From Nitrosospira multiformis ATCC 25196 (GTDB lineage Bacteria; Pseudomonadota; Gammaproteobacteria; Burkholderiales; Nitrosomonadaceae), in contig NC_007614.1 in the NCBI RefSeq assembly GCF_000196355.1, positions 3,000,001 to 3,032,000 of the forward strand: a stretch of DNA of 32,000 nt, read 5' to 3'. The first letter of the stretch is position 1. The number at the start of each line of letters is the position of its first letter. Below, piece by piece: positions 10,319 to 20,975 of this stretch. A model generated the notes under the pieces. That model saw nothing but the letters and a program-made list of their open reading frames with translations. It had not been told where the DNA came from and did no database searches. The position numbers and the translations under genes were made by a program.

Positions 10319-11158
10319 ATGTCTCAGCCACCCCCCATCGTACTTTCTTTTGCTGCCAGCGACTCTACCGGGGGCGCCGGTATCCAGGCTGATATTCTCA
10401 CTCTGGCCAGCATGGGATGTCACCCCCTTTCGGTCATCACCGCCGTGACGGTGCAGGATACGGCGGGAGTAGATGATGTAATGGCCCTGGATGCAGAATG
10501 GGTGACGGATCAGGCACGCGCGGTTCTTGAGGACATGCCCGTGCATGTGTTCAAAATGGGTTTGCTGGGCAGTGTGGAAATTATTGCGGCGATCGCCGAA
10601 GTGGTTTCGGATTATCCCAACATTCCAGTCGTGCTGGACCCTGTGCTTGCCTCGGGCCGGGGCGATGAACTCGCCAATGAGGAAATGGTGGCTGCCATGC
10701 GGGAATTGCTGCTGCCGCAGGCAACCATCATCACGCCCAACAGCCTCGAAGCGCGGCGATTGGCGCAGGATTATGAGGATGAGTCCGATATGCCGGATTT
10801 GCACCAGTGCGCAGGCCGATTGCTGCGCCTGGGATGTGAATATGTATTCGTTACCGGAACCCATGAAAATACTTCGCAAGTGGTGAACACGCTATACGGA
10901 ACTACCGGCATCGTGCGCACGGATGCATGGAATCGCCTGACGGGCTCGTATCATGGATCGGGGTGCACACTCGCCTCTGCTATCGCCGCCACGCTTGCCA
11001 ATGGATTGCCTATTGCAGAGGGTGTATATGAAGCGCAGGAATACACCTGGCAATCGCTGAAAGCCGGGTTCAGGCCTGGAATGGGGCAACATCTGCCAGA
11101 CAGGCTATTCTGGGCGCGTGATGAGAACGGTGTCGAGGAACGAAATCAAGCGATGTAG
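10319..11158 (+). CDS. thiD: bifunctional hydroxymethylpyrimidine kinase/phosphomethylpyrimidine kinase
   Basis: SDSTGGAGIQADILTLASMGCHPLSVITAVTVQ...VFKMGLLGS...VVLDPVLASGRGDEL...GSGCTLASAIAATLANG. Confidence 0.94.
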   Translation: MSQPPPIVLSFAASDSTGGAGIQADILTLASMGCHPLSVITAVTVQDTAGVDDVMALDAEWVTDQARAVLEDMPVHVFKMGLLGSVEIIAAIAEVVSDYPNIPVVLDPVLASGRGDELANEEMVAAMRELLLPQATIITPNSLEARRLAQDYEDESDMPDLHQCAGRLLRLGCEYVFVTGTHENTSQVVNTLYGTTGIVRTDAWNRLTGSYHGSGCTLASAIAATLANGLPIAEGVYEAQEYTWQSLKAGFRPGMGQHLPDRLFWARDENGVEERNQAM

Positions 11159-11825
11159 CGCTGCTCCGCGTCGAGAAATAACCGGTCTATATGCGATCAC
11201 ACCAGATACAGGCGATACATCGCATCTGGTCGCGATGACATGGAGGGCGCTTGCCGGAGGTGCGCGACTGGTTCAATACCGCAGCAAAACGCTGAATGAG
11301 GAACTGCACCGGGAACAGGCGCGCTCCCTCGCCCATCTCTGCCGCCGGTTTGACGTTCCCCTCCTCATCAACGATCATATCGATCTTGCTCTGGAGGTCG
11401 GGGCGGATGGAGTGCATCTGGGACGGGAAGATGCACCCATTTCTCAAGCCCGGCTTAAACTGGGTCATGAAAAGATCATCGGAATTTCCTGCTACAACGA
11501 ACTCGAATCTGCCATCGAAGCCGAGTGCAATGGGGCGGATTACGTCGCTTTCGGGGCTTTTTTCAATTCCGTAACAAAGACCGATACCGTGCCCGCTTCC
11601 ATCGATCTGCTACGGCAGGGAAATCTTGAGATCAGGATTCCCATTGTCGCCATAGGCGGCATCAATAGCGATAATGCCCTGGAGTTGATCAGCGCCGGCG
11701 CGGATGCTGTAGCAGTCAGCAACGCCCTGTTTGGCGCACGAGATATCCGTTCCGAGGCCGCCAAGTTCTCCGGATTATTCAAGCGTCAGTCGTTTCACCC
11801 CTCATTGTCAAGGACCAGTCAATAA
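11118..11825 (+). CDS. thiE: thiamine-phosphate synthase
   Basis: [11 protein letters not shown]...[13 protein letters not shown]...[26 protein letters not shown]...[15 protein letters not shown]...[14 protein letters not shown]. Start uncertain: as drawn it overlaps thiD by about 41 nt. Confidence 0.93.
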   Translation: MMRTVSRNEIKRCSAAPRREITGLYAITPDTGDTSHLVAMTWRALAGGARLVQYRSKTLNEELHREQARSLAHLCRRFDVPLLINDHIDLALEVGADGVHLGREDAPISQARLKLGHEKIIGISCYNELESAIEAECNGADYVAFGAFFNSVTKTDTVPASIDLLRQGNLEIRIPIVAIGGINSDNALELISAGADAVAVSNALFGARDIRSEAAKFSGLFKRQSFHPSLSRTSQ

Positions 11826-13102
11826 TGTCACGCAACCAGCAATTGTTCGAACAGTCGCAAAAATTCATTCCCGGTGGTGTCAACTCGCCGGTTCGCGCCT
11901 TCAAATCGGTAGGCGGCACGCCGGTTTTCTTCAGAAAAGGTGAGGGTGCCTATGCCTGGGATGCGGATGACAAGTCCTACATAGATTATGTCGGTTCCTG
12001 GGGCCCTCTGATTCTCGGGCATGCCCATCCTGAAGTGGTTGATGCGGTCTATGCGGCAGCAAAAAACGGCTTGACTTTTGGAGCGCCCACCGAGGCGGAA
12101 CTGGAAATAGCGGAACTGCTGTGCCGACTGGTGCCGTCAATCGAGCAAGTCAGGCTGGTAAGCTCCGGAACCGAAGCGACCATGAGCGCCATCCGGCTGG
12201 CGCGCGGTTATACCGCTCGGAATCGCATCATCAAGTTTGAAGGCTGTTATCACGGCCACGACGACGCCTTGCTGGTGAAGGCAGGCTCTGGCGCTCTGAC
12301 TTTCGGCCATCCGAGTTCTGCCGGCGTCCCTGTTGAAACGGCTTCGAGCACGGTGGTGCTCGATTACAATGATCTCGCCGGTGTTGAACAGGCTTTCAAC
12401 CAGTTCGGTGCCGAAATCGCGGCAGTCATTGTCGAGCCTGTTGCGGGCAACATGAATCTTATCGCGCCTCAGCCCGGCTTCCTGGCGGGTTTGCGCGAAT
12501 TGTGCACGCGCCACGGCAGCGTGTTGATCTTCGATGAAGTGATGACAGGCTTTCGCGTCGGACTGGAGTGTGCCCAGGGGCTTTACGGAATAAAACCCGA
12601 TCTCACCACACTGGGCAAAGTGATTGGCGGCGGTATGCCAATGGCTGCGTTTGGAGGCCGGCGAGAAATCATGCAATGCCTTGCACCAGTAGGAGCCGTC
12701 TATCAAGCGGGTACGCTTTCGGGAAATCCGGTTGCGGTCGCTGCCGGCCTCGCTACATTGAAGCTGGTGCAGGTACCGGGGTTCTACGACAAACTCGCGG
12801 CGCGTACCCGCAAACTTACGGAAGGTCTTGCCGCGGCCGCAGCAAAACAGGGTGTGGTTTTTTGTGCGGAGGCTGTAGGGGGCATGTTCGGACTCTATTT
12901 CCGGGAGAGCGCGCCGAAAAGTTACGCGGAGGTGATGAGCTGTGACCGCGAGGCTTTCAATGGTTTTTTCCACGCCATGCTCGAGGAGGGTATTTATTTC
13001 GCCCCATCAGCATTTGAAGCCGGATTTGTTTCCGCGGCACACGGGGATGCTGAAATCAGCAAAACACTAGCCACCGCTGAAAAAATCTTTGCGCGGGAAT
13101 AA
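11825..13102 (+). CDS. hemL: glutamate-1-semialdehyde 2,1-aminomutase
   Basis: [56 protein letters not shown]...[19 protein letters not shown] (PLP lysine region). Confidence 0.97.
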   Translation: MSRNQQLFEQSQKFIPGGVNSPVRAFKSVGGTPVFFRKGEGAYAWDADDKSYIDYVGSWGPLILGHAHPEVVDAVYAAAKNGLTFGAPTEAELEIAELLCRLVPSIEQVRLVSSGTEATMSAIRLARGYTARNRIIKFEGCYHGHDDALLVKAGSGALTFGHPSSAGVPVETASSTVVLDYNDLAGVEQAFNQFGAEIAAVIVEPVAGNMNLIAPQPGFLAGLRELCTRHGSVLIFDEVMTGFRVGLECAQGLYGIKPDLTTLGKVIGGGMPMAAFGGRREIMQCLAPVGAVYQAGTLSGNPVAVAAGLATLKLVQVPGFYDKLAARTRKLTEGLAAAAAKQGVVFCAEAVGGMFGLYFRESAPKSYAEVMSCDREAFNGFFHAMLEEGIYFAPSAFEAGFVSAAHGDAEISKTLATAEKIFARE

Positions 13103-13366
13103 AAACAGCGGGCAGTTGCTGCTGATAGCGAGGCAGTATCTTCCTCTAAAGATACTGCGCTGCGAATGGGTCAGGCCTGACTGCTGGAACTGGACCTCGT
13201 TCCACCCCGGCTCCCTTTCCGTGGCCCTGCCGAGCTACAGATCGCGCGAACGGACTGCTTCCGCTGACCGTATCCGGGCCCTATAGCCATCCCGGTCATC
13301 CCGATTTTACCGGCAGCGCCCTCTGCGATAATTCCGCGATAACTTCGGAATCCCCGACTTTTTTTA

Positions 13367-14029
13367 TTACTTGCGCAGACCCGAAATAAACTCGGATACC
13401 GCCTCCATTTCTTTTTCGCTCATCCGCGTTGCGATCACGTGCATAACCTTGTTCGCATCGTTTGCCCGCTGCTCGGTCCGGAATGCACGCAGCTGCGTAG
13501 CAGAATACTCTGCATGCTGCCCGGCGAGCTGGGGATAAACGGGAGGAATGCCGGCGCCGTTAGGGGAATGGCAACTGGAGCAGGCGGGAACATTGGTTTC
13601 AAGATTTCCGCCGCGATATATTTTTTCCCCCAGCTCGGCGAGTTCCTTGTTGTTGGCCACCCCGGGCTTGGGCTTCTGCTGAGCGTAGTAAGCTGCGAGA
13701 TTCCTTGCATCCTCGTCGGAAAGCGGCGCAACCATCGCTGACATCACCGCGCTATCGCGCTCTGCCGGCTTGCCGTCCTGCGACTTGAAATTATTGAGCT
13801 GCTTGATGATATACTCGGCATGCTGCCCCGCCAGATTGGGATTTGCAGGAATCATACTGTTGCCATCCGCACCATGACAGGCGGCGCAAACCTGGGAGGC
13901 GATTTGCTGGCCTTTAGCCGCATCTCCTGCCGTTTTGACAGGCTGGGGAGGCGTTTCCGCAAAAACATGGCTGGACAGGGCCAATACAGCCGATGCGGTA
14001 ATCATCGAAATTAGCTTGATGCCTTGCAT
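13367..14029 (-). CDS. dihaem cytochrome c4
   Basis: Signal peptide from M at 14029 (MQGIKLISMITASAVLALSSHVFA) and two haem-binding motifs, CAACH and CSSCH, each followed by PNLAGQHAEY/PQLAGQHAEY. The ORF track extends to 14164 but the signal peptide supports 14029. Confidence 0.93.
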   Translation of the reverse strand: MQGIKLISMITASAVLALSSHVFAETPPQPVKTAGDAAKGQQIASQVCAACHGADGNSMIPANPNLAGQHAEYIIKQLNNFKSQDGKPAERDSAVMSAMVAPLSDEDARNLAAYYAQQKPKPGVANNKELAELGEKIYRGGNLETNVPACSSCHSPNGAGIPPVYPQLAGQHAEYSATQLRAFRTEQRANDANKVMHVIATRMSEKEMEAVSEFISGLRK

Positions 14030-14129
14030 TCCTGAGACTCCGAAGAAAGTAATTGGTATTTTGATTTGACTGCGCATTTTAAGGCAAAGGCCGTATAACA
14101 ACAATATAACAACAATAACCTTATCCGTA

Positions 14130-14777
14130 ATGAAAGCATTATTTTTTCTATTGTTGTTTATCAACCTCGCTTTCGCGCTATATATCCAGCTTGAACCGGA
14201 CGAAAGCAGCAGAGCCTCCCTGTCAGCGGAGCTTCAGACGAAAACCGGACCTTCATCGGCGGCCGCTCCGCCACCTCCATCTGTTTGTCTGGAATGGGAA
14301 GCCTTTCCCCAACCGGATGTCGCCCATGTAGAAGCAGCCATTTCCCGGCATAATCTCGAGGGCAAATTGAAATCGCGCACCATGGGCATGGCGCCCTATT
14401 ACTGGGTGCACATTCCCCCGCTCATGAACAAGCAACACGCCGAACGCAAGATAGGAGAGCTCAAGCGGCGCGATATTACTACTTACCAGATCGTGGAAGG
14501 CGACAGCAAGTGGAACAATGCGATTTCACTGGGATTTTTTGAAAAAATCGAGGACGCCCGCGCCTTTCTGGCAACCCTGAGGACTAAACGGGTCGTATCC
14601 GCCATTATCGGGGCAAGGAATGTCGAGCAGGTCAAGTTTGTCGCGGAGAACTCCCCGGCGGACCTGGAGGGGCAACTGGAAAAATTAAAGGCGGAATTTC
14701 CGAATAGCCGTATCACCAGGACCACTTGCGAGCCAAGGGCAGAAACGCATGGCAAGGCGAACTCGGCAGCACAATAA
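14130..14777 (+). CDS. SPOR-domain-like, single N-terminal TM/secreted protein
   Basis: MKALFFLLLFINLAFALYIQLEP hydrophobic start; C-terminal SPOR-like YYWVHIPPLMNKQHAERKIGELKRRDITTYQIVEGDSKWNNAISLGFFEKIEDARAFLATLR. Confidence 0.75.
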   Translation: MKALFFLLLFINLAFALYIQLEPDESSRASLSAELQTKTGPSSAAAPPPPSVCLEWEAFPQPDVAHVEAAISRHNLEGKLKSRTMGMAPYYWVHIPPLMNKQHAERKIGELKRRDITTYQIVEGDSKWNNAISLGFFEKIEDARAFLATLRTKRVVSAIIGARNVEQVKFVAENSPADLEGQLEKLKAEFPNSRITRTTCEPRAETHGKANSAAQ

Positions 14778-14993
14778 AGAACCCGGAAAACCTTGAATGC
14801 AGAATGCTCCTTTCCCTCTCCGCCTGCTTCTCCTCCCTGTCATGCTCATGGATGTGTGATTTTCAGGGAAGTATTCTTCCACCGCGGTTTTTCTGACCTT
14901 GCTGCGGGCAAGCAAGTCTTGCAATAAGATATTTCCATCCTCATCATATAAGCTTTTCATTCAAATTTATCGGCTCATGGCTCTGAAATCTGT

Positions 14994-15794
14994 ATGACGG
15001 TGCATCTCAAATCCCCTGATGAAATAGAGAAAATGCGGGTAGCGGGCAGACTTGCATCGGAAGTGCTGGATTACATCGCGCCGTTCGTCAAGCCGGGAGT
15101 GACGACCGACGAGCTTGACAAGCTGTGTCACGATTACATGGTGAATGTGCAGGATACCGTTCCTGCACCGCTCAATTATGCCCCTCCGGGTTATTCGCCT
15201 TACCCGAAATCGATCTGCACCTCGGTCAACCATCAGGTTTGTCATGGTATACCGGGGCATAAGAGACTCAAATCCGGGGATATCGTCAATATCGATGTAA
15301 CCGTCATCAAAGACGGATATCACGGTGATACCAGCCGGATGTATCTCATCGGCGAACCCGGCATCCAGGCCAAGCGCCTGTGCAAGGTAACCTATGAAGC
15401 AATGTGGCATGGTATTGAAATCATCAAGCCCGGAAAACGGTTGGGGGATATCGGCCACGCCATTCAGCAGTATGCGGAAGGCCATGGATACAGTGTAGTG
15501 CGGGAATTCTGCGGTCATGGAATCGGAGCAAAATTCCATGAAGAACCCCAGGTGCTTCATTACGGTCGCGCCGGGACAGGGCTCGAACTCAAAGCCGGAA
15601 TGATCTTCACGGTCGAGCCGATGATCAACGCCGGCAAGCCGCAGATTCGCCAGCTGGCCGATGGCTGGACCATTGTCACAAAGGATCATAGTCTGTCGGC
15701 GCAATGGGAACATACCGTGCTCGTCACGGAAACAGGATACGAAGTGTTGACACAGTCGGGTGGCACTCCGCCGCAGCCCACCCTCCATTCCTGA
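14994..15794 (+). CDS. map: methionine aminopeptidase, type I
   Basis: IEKMRVAGRLASEVLDYIAPFVKPGVTTDELD...YPKSICTSVNHQVCHGIPG...FCGHGIGAKFHEEPQVLHYG...MIFTVEPMINAG. Confidence 0.97.
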   Translation: MTVHLKSPDEIEKMRVAGRLASEVLDYIAPFVKPGVTTDELDKLCHDYMVNVQDTVPAPLNYAPPGYSPYPKSICTSVNHQVCHGIPGHKRLKSGDIVNIDVTVIKDGYHGDTSRMYLIGEPGIQAKRLCKVTYEAMWHGIEIIKPGKRLGDIGHAIQQYAEGHGYSVVREFCGHGIGAKFHEEPQVLHYGRAGTGLELKAGMIFTVEPMINAGKPQIRQLADGWTIVTKDHSLSAQWEHTVLVTETGYEVLTQSGGTPPQPTLHS

Positions 15795-15799
15795 CGACA

Positions 15800-18463
15800 A
15801 TGAAGGGGCTGAATGCAAAACCTTTCAGCCACGAAGCGGTCAGGCAGAAGCTCCTGAGCGGTCGCGAGTCGTTGCAGCGCCGCTACCACCAAAACAGAAA
15901 CGGCGCAGCCCTGCTGCGGGATCACAGTCGCCTGGTAGACGGTATTCTCCGCCAGGTATGGCATGAAATGAACATGCCCGGGTCCACCGCCCTGCTGGCC
16001 GTGGGCGGATACGGCCGAAGACAGCTTTTTCCCTATTCCGATATCGATCTAGTGGTATTGCTACCGGATAAAGGGGATGCTGCCGAGGCGATGGATAATG
16101 AGCTCGGGACTCGCCTGGAGCACTGGGTAGGATTGCTGTGGGATATCGGCCTGGATATCGGCCATAGTGTGCGCACGGTCAAGGAATGTGGCGAAGAGGC
16201 AGCCAACGACATTACCGTGCAGACCAGCCTGCTGGAGGCCCGCCTCCTTGGAGGCAACTCCGATCTGTTCGATCGGTTCCTGCAGGTAATGGAAACCATG
16301 CTTGCACCCCGGAAATTCTTCGTCGACAAGCAGCTCGAACAGCAGCAGCGTCATAAGCGATATCAGGACGCGCCCTACAAGCTCGAGCCGAACATAAAGG
16401 AGAGCCCCGGCGGCCTGCGCGATCTGCAGAACGTGTTGTGGATCAGCCGTGCTGCCGGATTCGGAAAGACCTGGTCGGAACTGGCGAAAAAAGGCTTCAT
16501 CATCCGCCGCGAGGCCAGGCTCATCCAGCGTCAGCAGACTGTGCTGCAAGACCTCCGCATCCGGCTGCACTACCTCGGTGGCAGGCGCGAAGACCGCCTG
16601 TTATTCGATTACCAGAATCCCCTGGCCGAAGAACTTGGCATCGCTGCGAAGCCCCCGCGCCGTCCCGGAGAAATGCTGATGCAACGATACTACCGCGCCG
16701 CGAGATCGGTGACCCAGGTCAATACCATTTTGCTGCTTACCCTGCATGCGGAAATTTTTCCGGATGAGGAGGCAGTGACGACGATCATCAATGAGCGGTT
16801 TCAGAAGCGCGGCGATCTGCTGGAGATATGCGAAGAGGATATTTTTGAGCGGGATCCCGGCGCGATACTGGAAAGCGTTCTGCTCCTGCAACAGAACCCG
16901 GACCTTAAAGGCCGCAGCTTCGCCACTCTGAGAGCGATGTGGCGTTCGGCGCCGCTCATTACGGCTTCATTTCGCCGCGAGCCTCGTCATTGCGCCATGT
17001 TCATGGAAATACTGCGTCAACCTCGCGGACTGACACGCGAGCTCCGGTTGATGAACCGCTACGGCATTCTCGGGCGCTACATTCCTGCTTTCGGCCGGAT
17101 TATCGGCCAGATGCAACATGATCTCTTCCATGTATATACGGTGGATGAGCACATCCTGATGGTCGTGCGAAACCTGCGTCGCTTCATGGCACCCGAATTC
17201 GCCTATGAATATCCGCTCTGCAGCAGACTCATCAATGAATTCGAACGGCCTGAGTTACTCTATCTTGCCGGACTGTTCCACGACATTGCCAAAGGTCGGC
17301 AAGGGGATCATTCCTTGCTCGGCAAGGTCGACGCGAGGCGCTTCTGTGAACGGCACCGAATGCCTGCAGAAGATACCGAACTGGTCGTCTGGCTGGTGGA
17401 AAATCATTTGCACATGTCCGCCACGGCACAAAAAAAAGATATAGCGGATGCCGAGGTCATTGCGGATTTCGCCGCAAGCATGCGGGATGAGCGGCATCTC
17501 ATCGCGCTTTACCTGCTCACGGTTTCGGATATCCGGGGGACCAGTCCCAAGGTATGGAACGCATGGAAAGGCAAGCTGCTTGAAGATCTGTTCCACCGCA
17601 CCCGACAGTATCTTTGCGGCGAAACGGCGCTCACTGACATTTCTCTGGAAAACCGCAAAAACAAGGTGCTGCAACTGCTGCATCCGGATGATGCAGCAAT
17701 GCGCGCCTATGAGCGGTTCTGGTCCGGGCTCGATTCCAGCTATCTGATGATGCACGATCCCCGGGAAATTGCCTGGCACACGCAGCATCTGAGCCAGAGG
17801 ATGAAATCACCGGCACCGATAGTCAAAACACGCGCCGCCGAAACCGGGGCAGGGGTAGAGGTACTGGTTTATACGGCCGACCAGAAGGACCTGTTTGCCC
17901 GCATCTGCAGTTTTTTCGACGGTATCGACTACAATATCGTCCAGGCAAAAATCCACACGACCCGCGAGGGATATGCGCTCGACAGTTTTCTGGTGCTGGA
18001 CCCCTTCAATGTTGCAAACCATGATCCGCGGGAGTTTCAGTTCATCGAGCAGGAGCTGACACAGCAATTGGAGCAGCAGGCTTTAATGGCGACCCCCGTG
18101 AAAGGGCGCCTGAGCCGCCACCTCAGGCATTTTCCGATCACGCCGCAAGTCAGCATCGAGCCGGACGACAGCGGCGCCTATTATGTGCTGTCCATCACGG
18201 CAGGCGACCAGTCCGGATTGCTCTCGCGCATTGCGCAAGTGCTTGTGCGGTTTGGGTTGAACGTCCACAGCGCCAGGATAAACACATTGGGCGAACGTGC
18301 CGAGGATACTTTCCTGGTTACAGGAAGCATTTTGAGCAACTCCCGGTCAGTGATCCAGCTCGAAGCAAACCTGATAAAGGTGCTGCACACATCCCCGCAA
18401 CCGGAGACACCCGGAAAAGCCCCCGGAAAACCTTCTGCCGGAGACCGGATTATCCCGCGCTGA
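15800..18463 (+). CDS. glnD: [protein-PII] uridylyltransferase/uridylyl-removing enzyme
   Basis: [22 protein letters not shown] nucleotidyltransferase motif, [16 protein letters not shown] motif, and C-terminal ACT-like repeats [21 protein letters not shown] and [24 protein letters not shown] opens at 15704; M at 15800 is the likely start. Confidence 0.95.
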   Translation: MKGLNAKPFSHEAVRQKLLSGRESLQRRYHQNRNGAALLRDHSRLVDGILRQVWHEMNMPGSTALLAVGGYGRRQLFPYSDIDLVVLLPDKGDAAEAMDNELGTRLEHWVGLLWDIGLDIGHSVRTVKECGEEAANDITVQTSLLEARLLGGNSDLFDRFLQVMETMLAPRKFFVDKQLEQQQRHKRYQDAPYKLEPNIKESPGGLRDLQNVLWISRAAGFGKTWSELAKKGFIIRREARLIQRQQTVLQDLRIRLHYLGGRREDRLLFDYQNPLAEELGIAAKPPRRPGEMLMQRYYRAARSVTQVNTILLLTLHAEIFPDEEAVTTIINERFQKRGDLLEICEEDIFERDPGAILESVLLLQQNPDLKGRSFATLRAMWRSAPLITASFRREPRHCAMFMEILRQPRGLTRELRLMNRYGILGRYIPAFGRIIGQMQHDLFHVYTVDEHILMVVRNLRRFMAPEFAYEYPLCSRLINEFERPELLYLAGLFHDIAKGRQGDHSLLGKVDARRFCERHRMPAEDTELVVWLVENHLHMSATAQKKDIADAEVIADFAASMRDERHLIALYLLTVSDIRGTSPKVWNAWKGKLLEDLFHRTRQYLCGETALTDISLENRKNKVLQLLHPDDAAMRAYERFWSGLDSSYLMMHDPREIAWHTQHLSQRMKSPAPIVKTRAAETGAGVEVLVYTADQKDLFARICSFFDGIDYNIVQAKIHTTREGYALDSFLVLDPFNVANHDPREFQFIEQELTQQLEQQALMATPVKGRLSRHLRHFPITPQVSIEPDDSGAYYVLSITAGDQSGLLSRIAQVLVRFGLNVHSARINTLGERAEDTFLVTGSILSNSRSVIQLEANLIKVLHTSPQPETPGKAPGKPSAGDRIIPR

Positions 18464-20840
18464 CTCGAGCGGGTTCCTTATCGGATTCAGGTGCCTCAAG
18501 CTGCGACTCGTCTTCCCGATACCCGAGACGGGCCCGTAACAGGTGTGCGGCTTCCACCATTTGCTTCAAGGCAGTCATGACTTCCCCCCATCCCCGCGTC
18601 TTCAGCCCGCAATCCGGGTTGACCCATAATTGGTCAGGGTCGATCACCCCGCAGGCTTTCTCCAGCAACTCCAGCATCTCCCGCGAACGGGGAATCCGCG
18701 GGGAGTGGATGTCATAGACGCCCGGCCCGATCTCGTTGGGATATTTGAAATGGCCGAATCCGTCCAGCAGCTCCATGCGTGAACGTGACGTTTCGATCGT
18801 GATTACATCTGCATCCATATCGGCAATGGCGGGAAGGATGTCATTGAATTCCGAGTAGCACATATGGGTGTGTATCTGGCTGTCATCCCTTACGCCCGAG
18901 CTGGCGACACGGAAGGCATGCACCGCCCATTCCAGGTATGCATTCCAATCTCGCTTTTTCAAGGGCAGGCCCTCGCGGAAAGCGGGCTCGTCGATCTGGA
19001 TAATCGCAATGCCCGCCTCTTCCAGATCCACAACCTCGTCCCGAATGGCAAGGGCGAGCTGCAGCGCGGTGACGGAGCGCGGCTGGTCATCACGCACGAA
19101 CGACCACATCAACATTGTAACGGGACCGGTCAGCATCCCCTTGACCGGCTTTCCCGTCTGGCTTTGCGCATATCGAATCCAGTCAGCCGTCATGGGCTCG
19201 GGACGGTAAATATCCCCGTAGAGAATCGGCGGTTTCACGCAGCGCGAGCCGTAGCTTTGCACCCATCCATTCTCCGTGAAGACATAACCCCATAGCTGTT
19301 CGCCAAAATACTCGACCATATCGTTGCGCTCGGCCTCGCCATGCACCAGTACATCGAGCCCGATTTCTTCCTGCTTTCTGATCGCCACTCGTATCTCGTC
19401 CCGCATCGCTTCAAGATATTGCAAATTGCCGAGCTCTCCTTTCCTGAAAGCCGCGCGCGCTTTGCGGATCTCCGCTGTCTGAGGAAATGACCCGATGGTT
19501 GTAGTAGGCAAAAGCGGAAGCTGTAGCCGCTCCCGTTGCAGTTTCTGCCTGACCTTGAACGGACTCTTGCGCCGGCCATCCTGTTCAGTCAGGCGATTCA
19601 GACGGTCCTGCACCACCGGGTTGTGGATGCGCGATGACTCCCGCCGAGCCTGCCTCGCTGCGGTGGAAGCATCCAATTGCTGGCGTATAGAATGTTCCCC
19701 CTGATTCAGCCCTTGCCCCAGGATGGAGACTTCTTTTAATTTCTGCACCGAGAAAGCCAGCCAGTTCCTTATTTCAGGCTCCAGACTGCTTTCCAGTTCC
19801 AGATCCACCGGACAATGCAGAAGCGAGCAACTCGGCGCAATCCACAGTCTTTCCCCGAGGAGGGCCTGGGCATGCGACAAAACCGCCAAGGTGGGAGCAA
19901 GGTCTGCCCGCCAGATGTTACGCCCATCGATAATGCCCAGGGACAGCACTCTTCCGGCCGGGTAGCCCTCCAGAAAAATACCGAGTTGACCAGGCGCCCG
20001 GCACAAATCGATATGGAGGCCTTCCACGGGTAGCTTCTTCAATCGCTCGGCATGATTGTTCACGCCATCGAAATAAGTCGCTAAAAGAATTTTAGGGAGC
20101 CGGGCAAGTGCCGAGGGGCCGTGGGCCTGTCCATCCGCCGGTTCCCGCAAACCGGCATAAGCCTGATCCAAACCCCGCAGCCAGTCCTCGTCCAGGTCGA
20201 GGGCCAGCACAGGTTCGTCGATCTGTACCCATTCCACGCCTAGCGACGCAAGCCGGACGAGAATATCGCGATATACCGGTAACAGTTGGGGTAACAAATC
20301 CAGGCGGCTGAATTCCTGCTCATTCTGCCGGGTGACCTCTTTTCCAAGATACAGGTAGGTCAACGGCCCGATCAAGACGGCTTTAGGCTTGATGCCGAGC
20401 GCCTGCACTTCGGCAACCTCCCTGAAGAGCTGCTCGGAACCTATACGAAAGCAGGTGTGGGCATCGAATTCCGGGACGATATAGTGATAGTTGGTGTCGA
20501 ACCATTTGGTCATCTCCATCGCAGGCTGATCGACAGTGCCACGCGCCATGGCGAAGTACAAGTCCAGCTCTGTTTTACCCTTGTCTGCTCCGAAGCGTGC
20601 AGGTATTGCACTCAGCAGTGCGGTCATGTTCAGCATCTGGTCATAAAGGGCGAAATCGCCTGCGGGAATGAGATCAATACCCTGCTCGCGCTGCAAAAGC
20701 CAGTGCCGCTTCCTCAATTCCGCTGCCGTGGTTTTGAGTTGCTCATCACCGATATCGCCGCGCCAGTATGCCTCAAGCGCGCGCTTCAGTTCCCGTTGCG
20801 CGCCAATACGCGGAAATCCCAGGTTATGTGTCAGTGCCAT
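18450..20840 (-). CDS. metE: 5-methyltetrahydropteroyltriglutamate-homocysteine methyltransferase (cobalamin-independent methionine synthase)
   Basis: 796 aa; N-terminal [95 protein letters not shown]. Confidence 0.97.
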   Translation of the reverse strand: MALTHNLGFPRIGAQRELKRALEAYWRGDIGDEQLKTTAAELRKRHWLLQREQGIDLIPAGDFALYDQMLNMTALLSAIPARFGADKGKTELDLYFAMARGTVDQPAMEMTKWFDTNYHYIVPEFDAHTCFRIGSEQLFREVAEVQALGIKPKAVLIGPLTYLYLGKEVTRQNEQEFSRLDLLPQLLPVYRDILVRLASLGVEWVQIDEPVLALDLDEDWLRGLDQAYAGLREPADGQAHGPSALARLPKILLATYFDGVNNHAERLKKLPVEGLHIDLCRAPGQLGIFLEGYPAGRVLSLGIIDGRNIWRADLAPTLAVLSHAQALLGERLWIAPSCSLLHCPVDLELESSLEPEIRNWLAFSVQKLKEVSILGQGLNQGEHSIRQQLDASTAARQARRESSRIHNPVVQDRLNRLTEQDGRRKSPFKVRQKLQRERLQLPLLPTTTIGSFPQTAEIRKARAAFRKGELGNLQYLEAMRDEIRVAIRKQEEIGLDVLVHGEAERNDMVEYFGEQLWGYVFTENGWVQSYGSRCVKPPILYGDIYRPEPMTADWIRYAQSQTGKPVKGMLTGPVTMLMWSFVRDDQPRSVTALQLALAIRDEVVDLEEAGIAIIQIDEPAFREGLPLKKRDWNAYLEWAVHAFRVASSGVRDDSQIHTHMCYSEFNDILPAIADMDADVITIETSRSRMELLDGFGHFKYPNEIGPGVYDIHSPRIPRSREMLELLEKACGVIDPDQLWVNPDCGLKTRGWGEVMTALKQMVEAAHLLRARLGYREDESQLEAPESDKEPARVSAG

Positions 20841-20951
20841 TGGTCATTCTCCTCTATCGTTTGGTCCCACTTCAATTGCAGCTCTGTGGAGTGACTGACG
20901 ATTTTGTGGCAGACTTGGTTATGAATCAAATGAAATGTTGTAAAATATTAA

Positions 20952-20964
20952 TGAATAAAATTCA
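20952..20964. promoter_or_regulatory. candidate MetR binding site
   Basis: Sequence TGAATAAAATTCA exactly matches the MetR consensus TGAA-N5-TTCA and lies between divergent metE and metR. Flanking bases extend the arms to ATGAAT/ATTCAT (20951-20965). Confidence 0.65.
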
Positions 20965-20975
20965 TAAATTTCTAT

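Noticed and set aside
12137-12973. 278-aa ORF on the minus strand opposite hemL
   Set aside because: Antisense shadow ORF in a strongly supported conserved gene; composition (many His/Arg/Cys) is typical of reverse-frame translation.
14967-15818. 283-aa ORF on the minus strand opposite map
   Set aside because: Shadow of map in a GC-rich gene; no recognisable domain.
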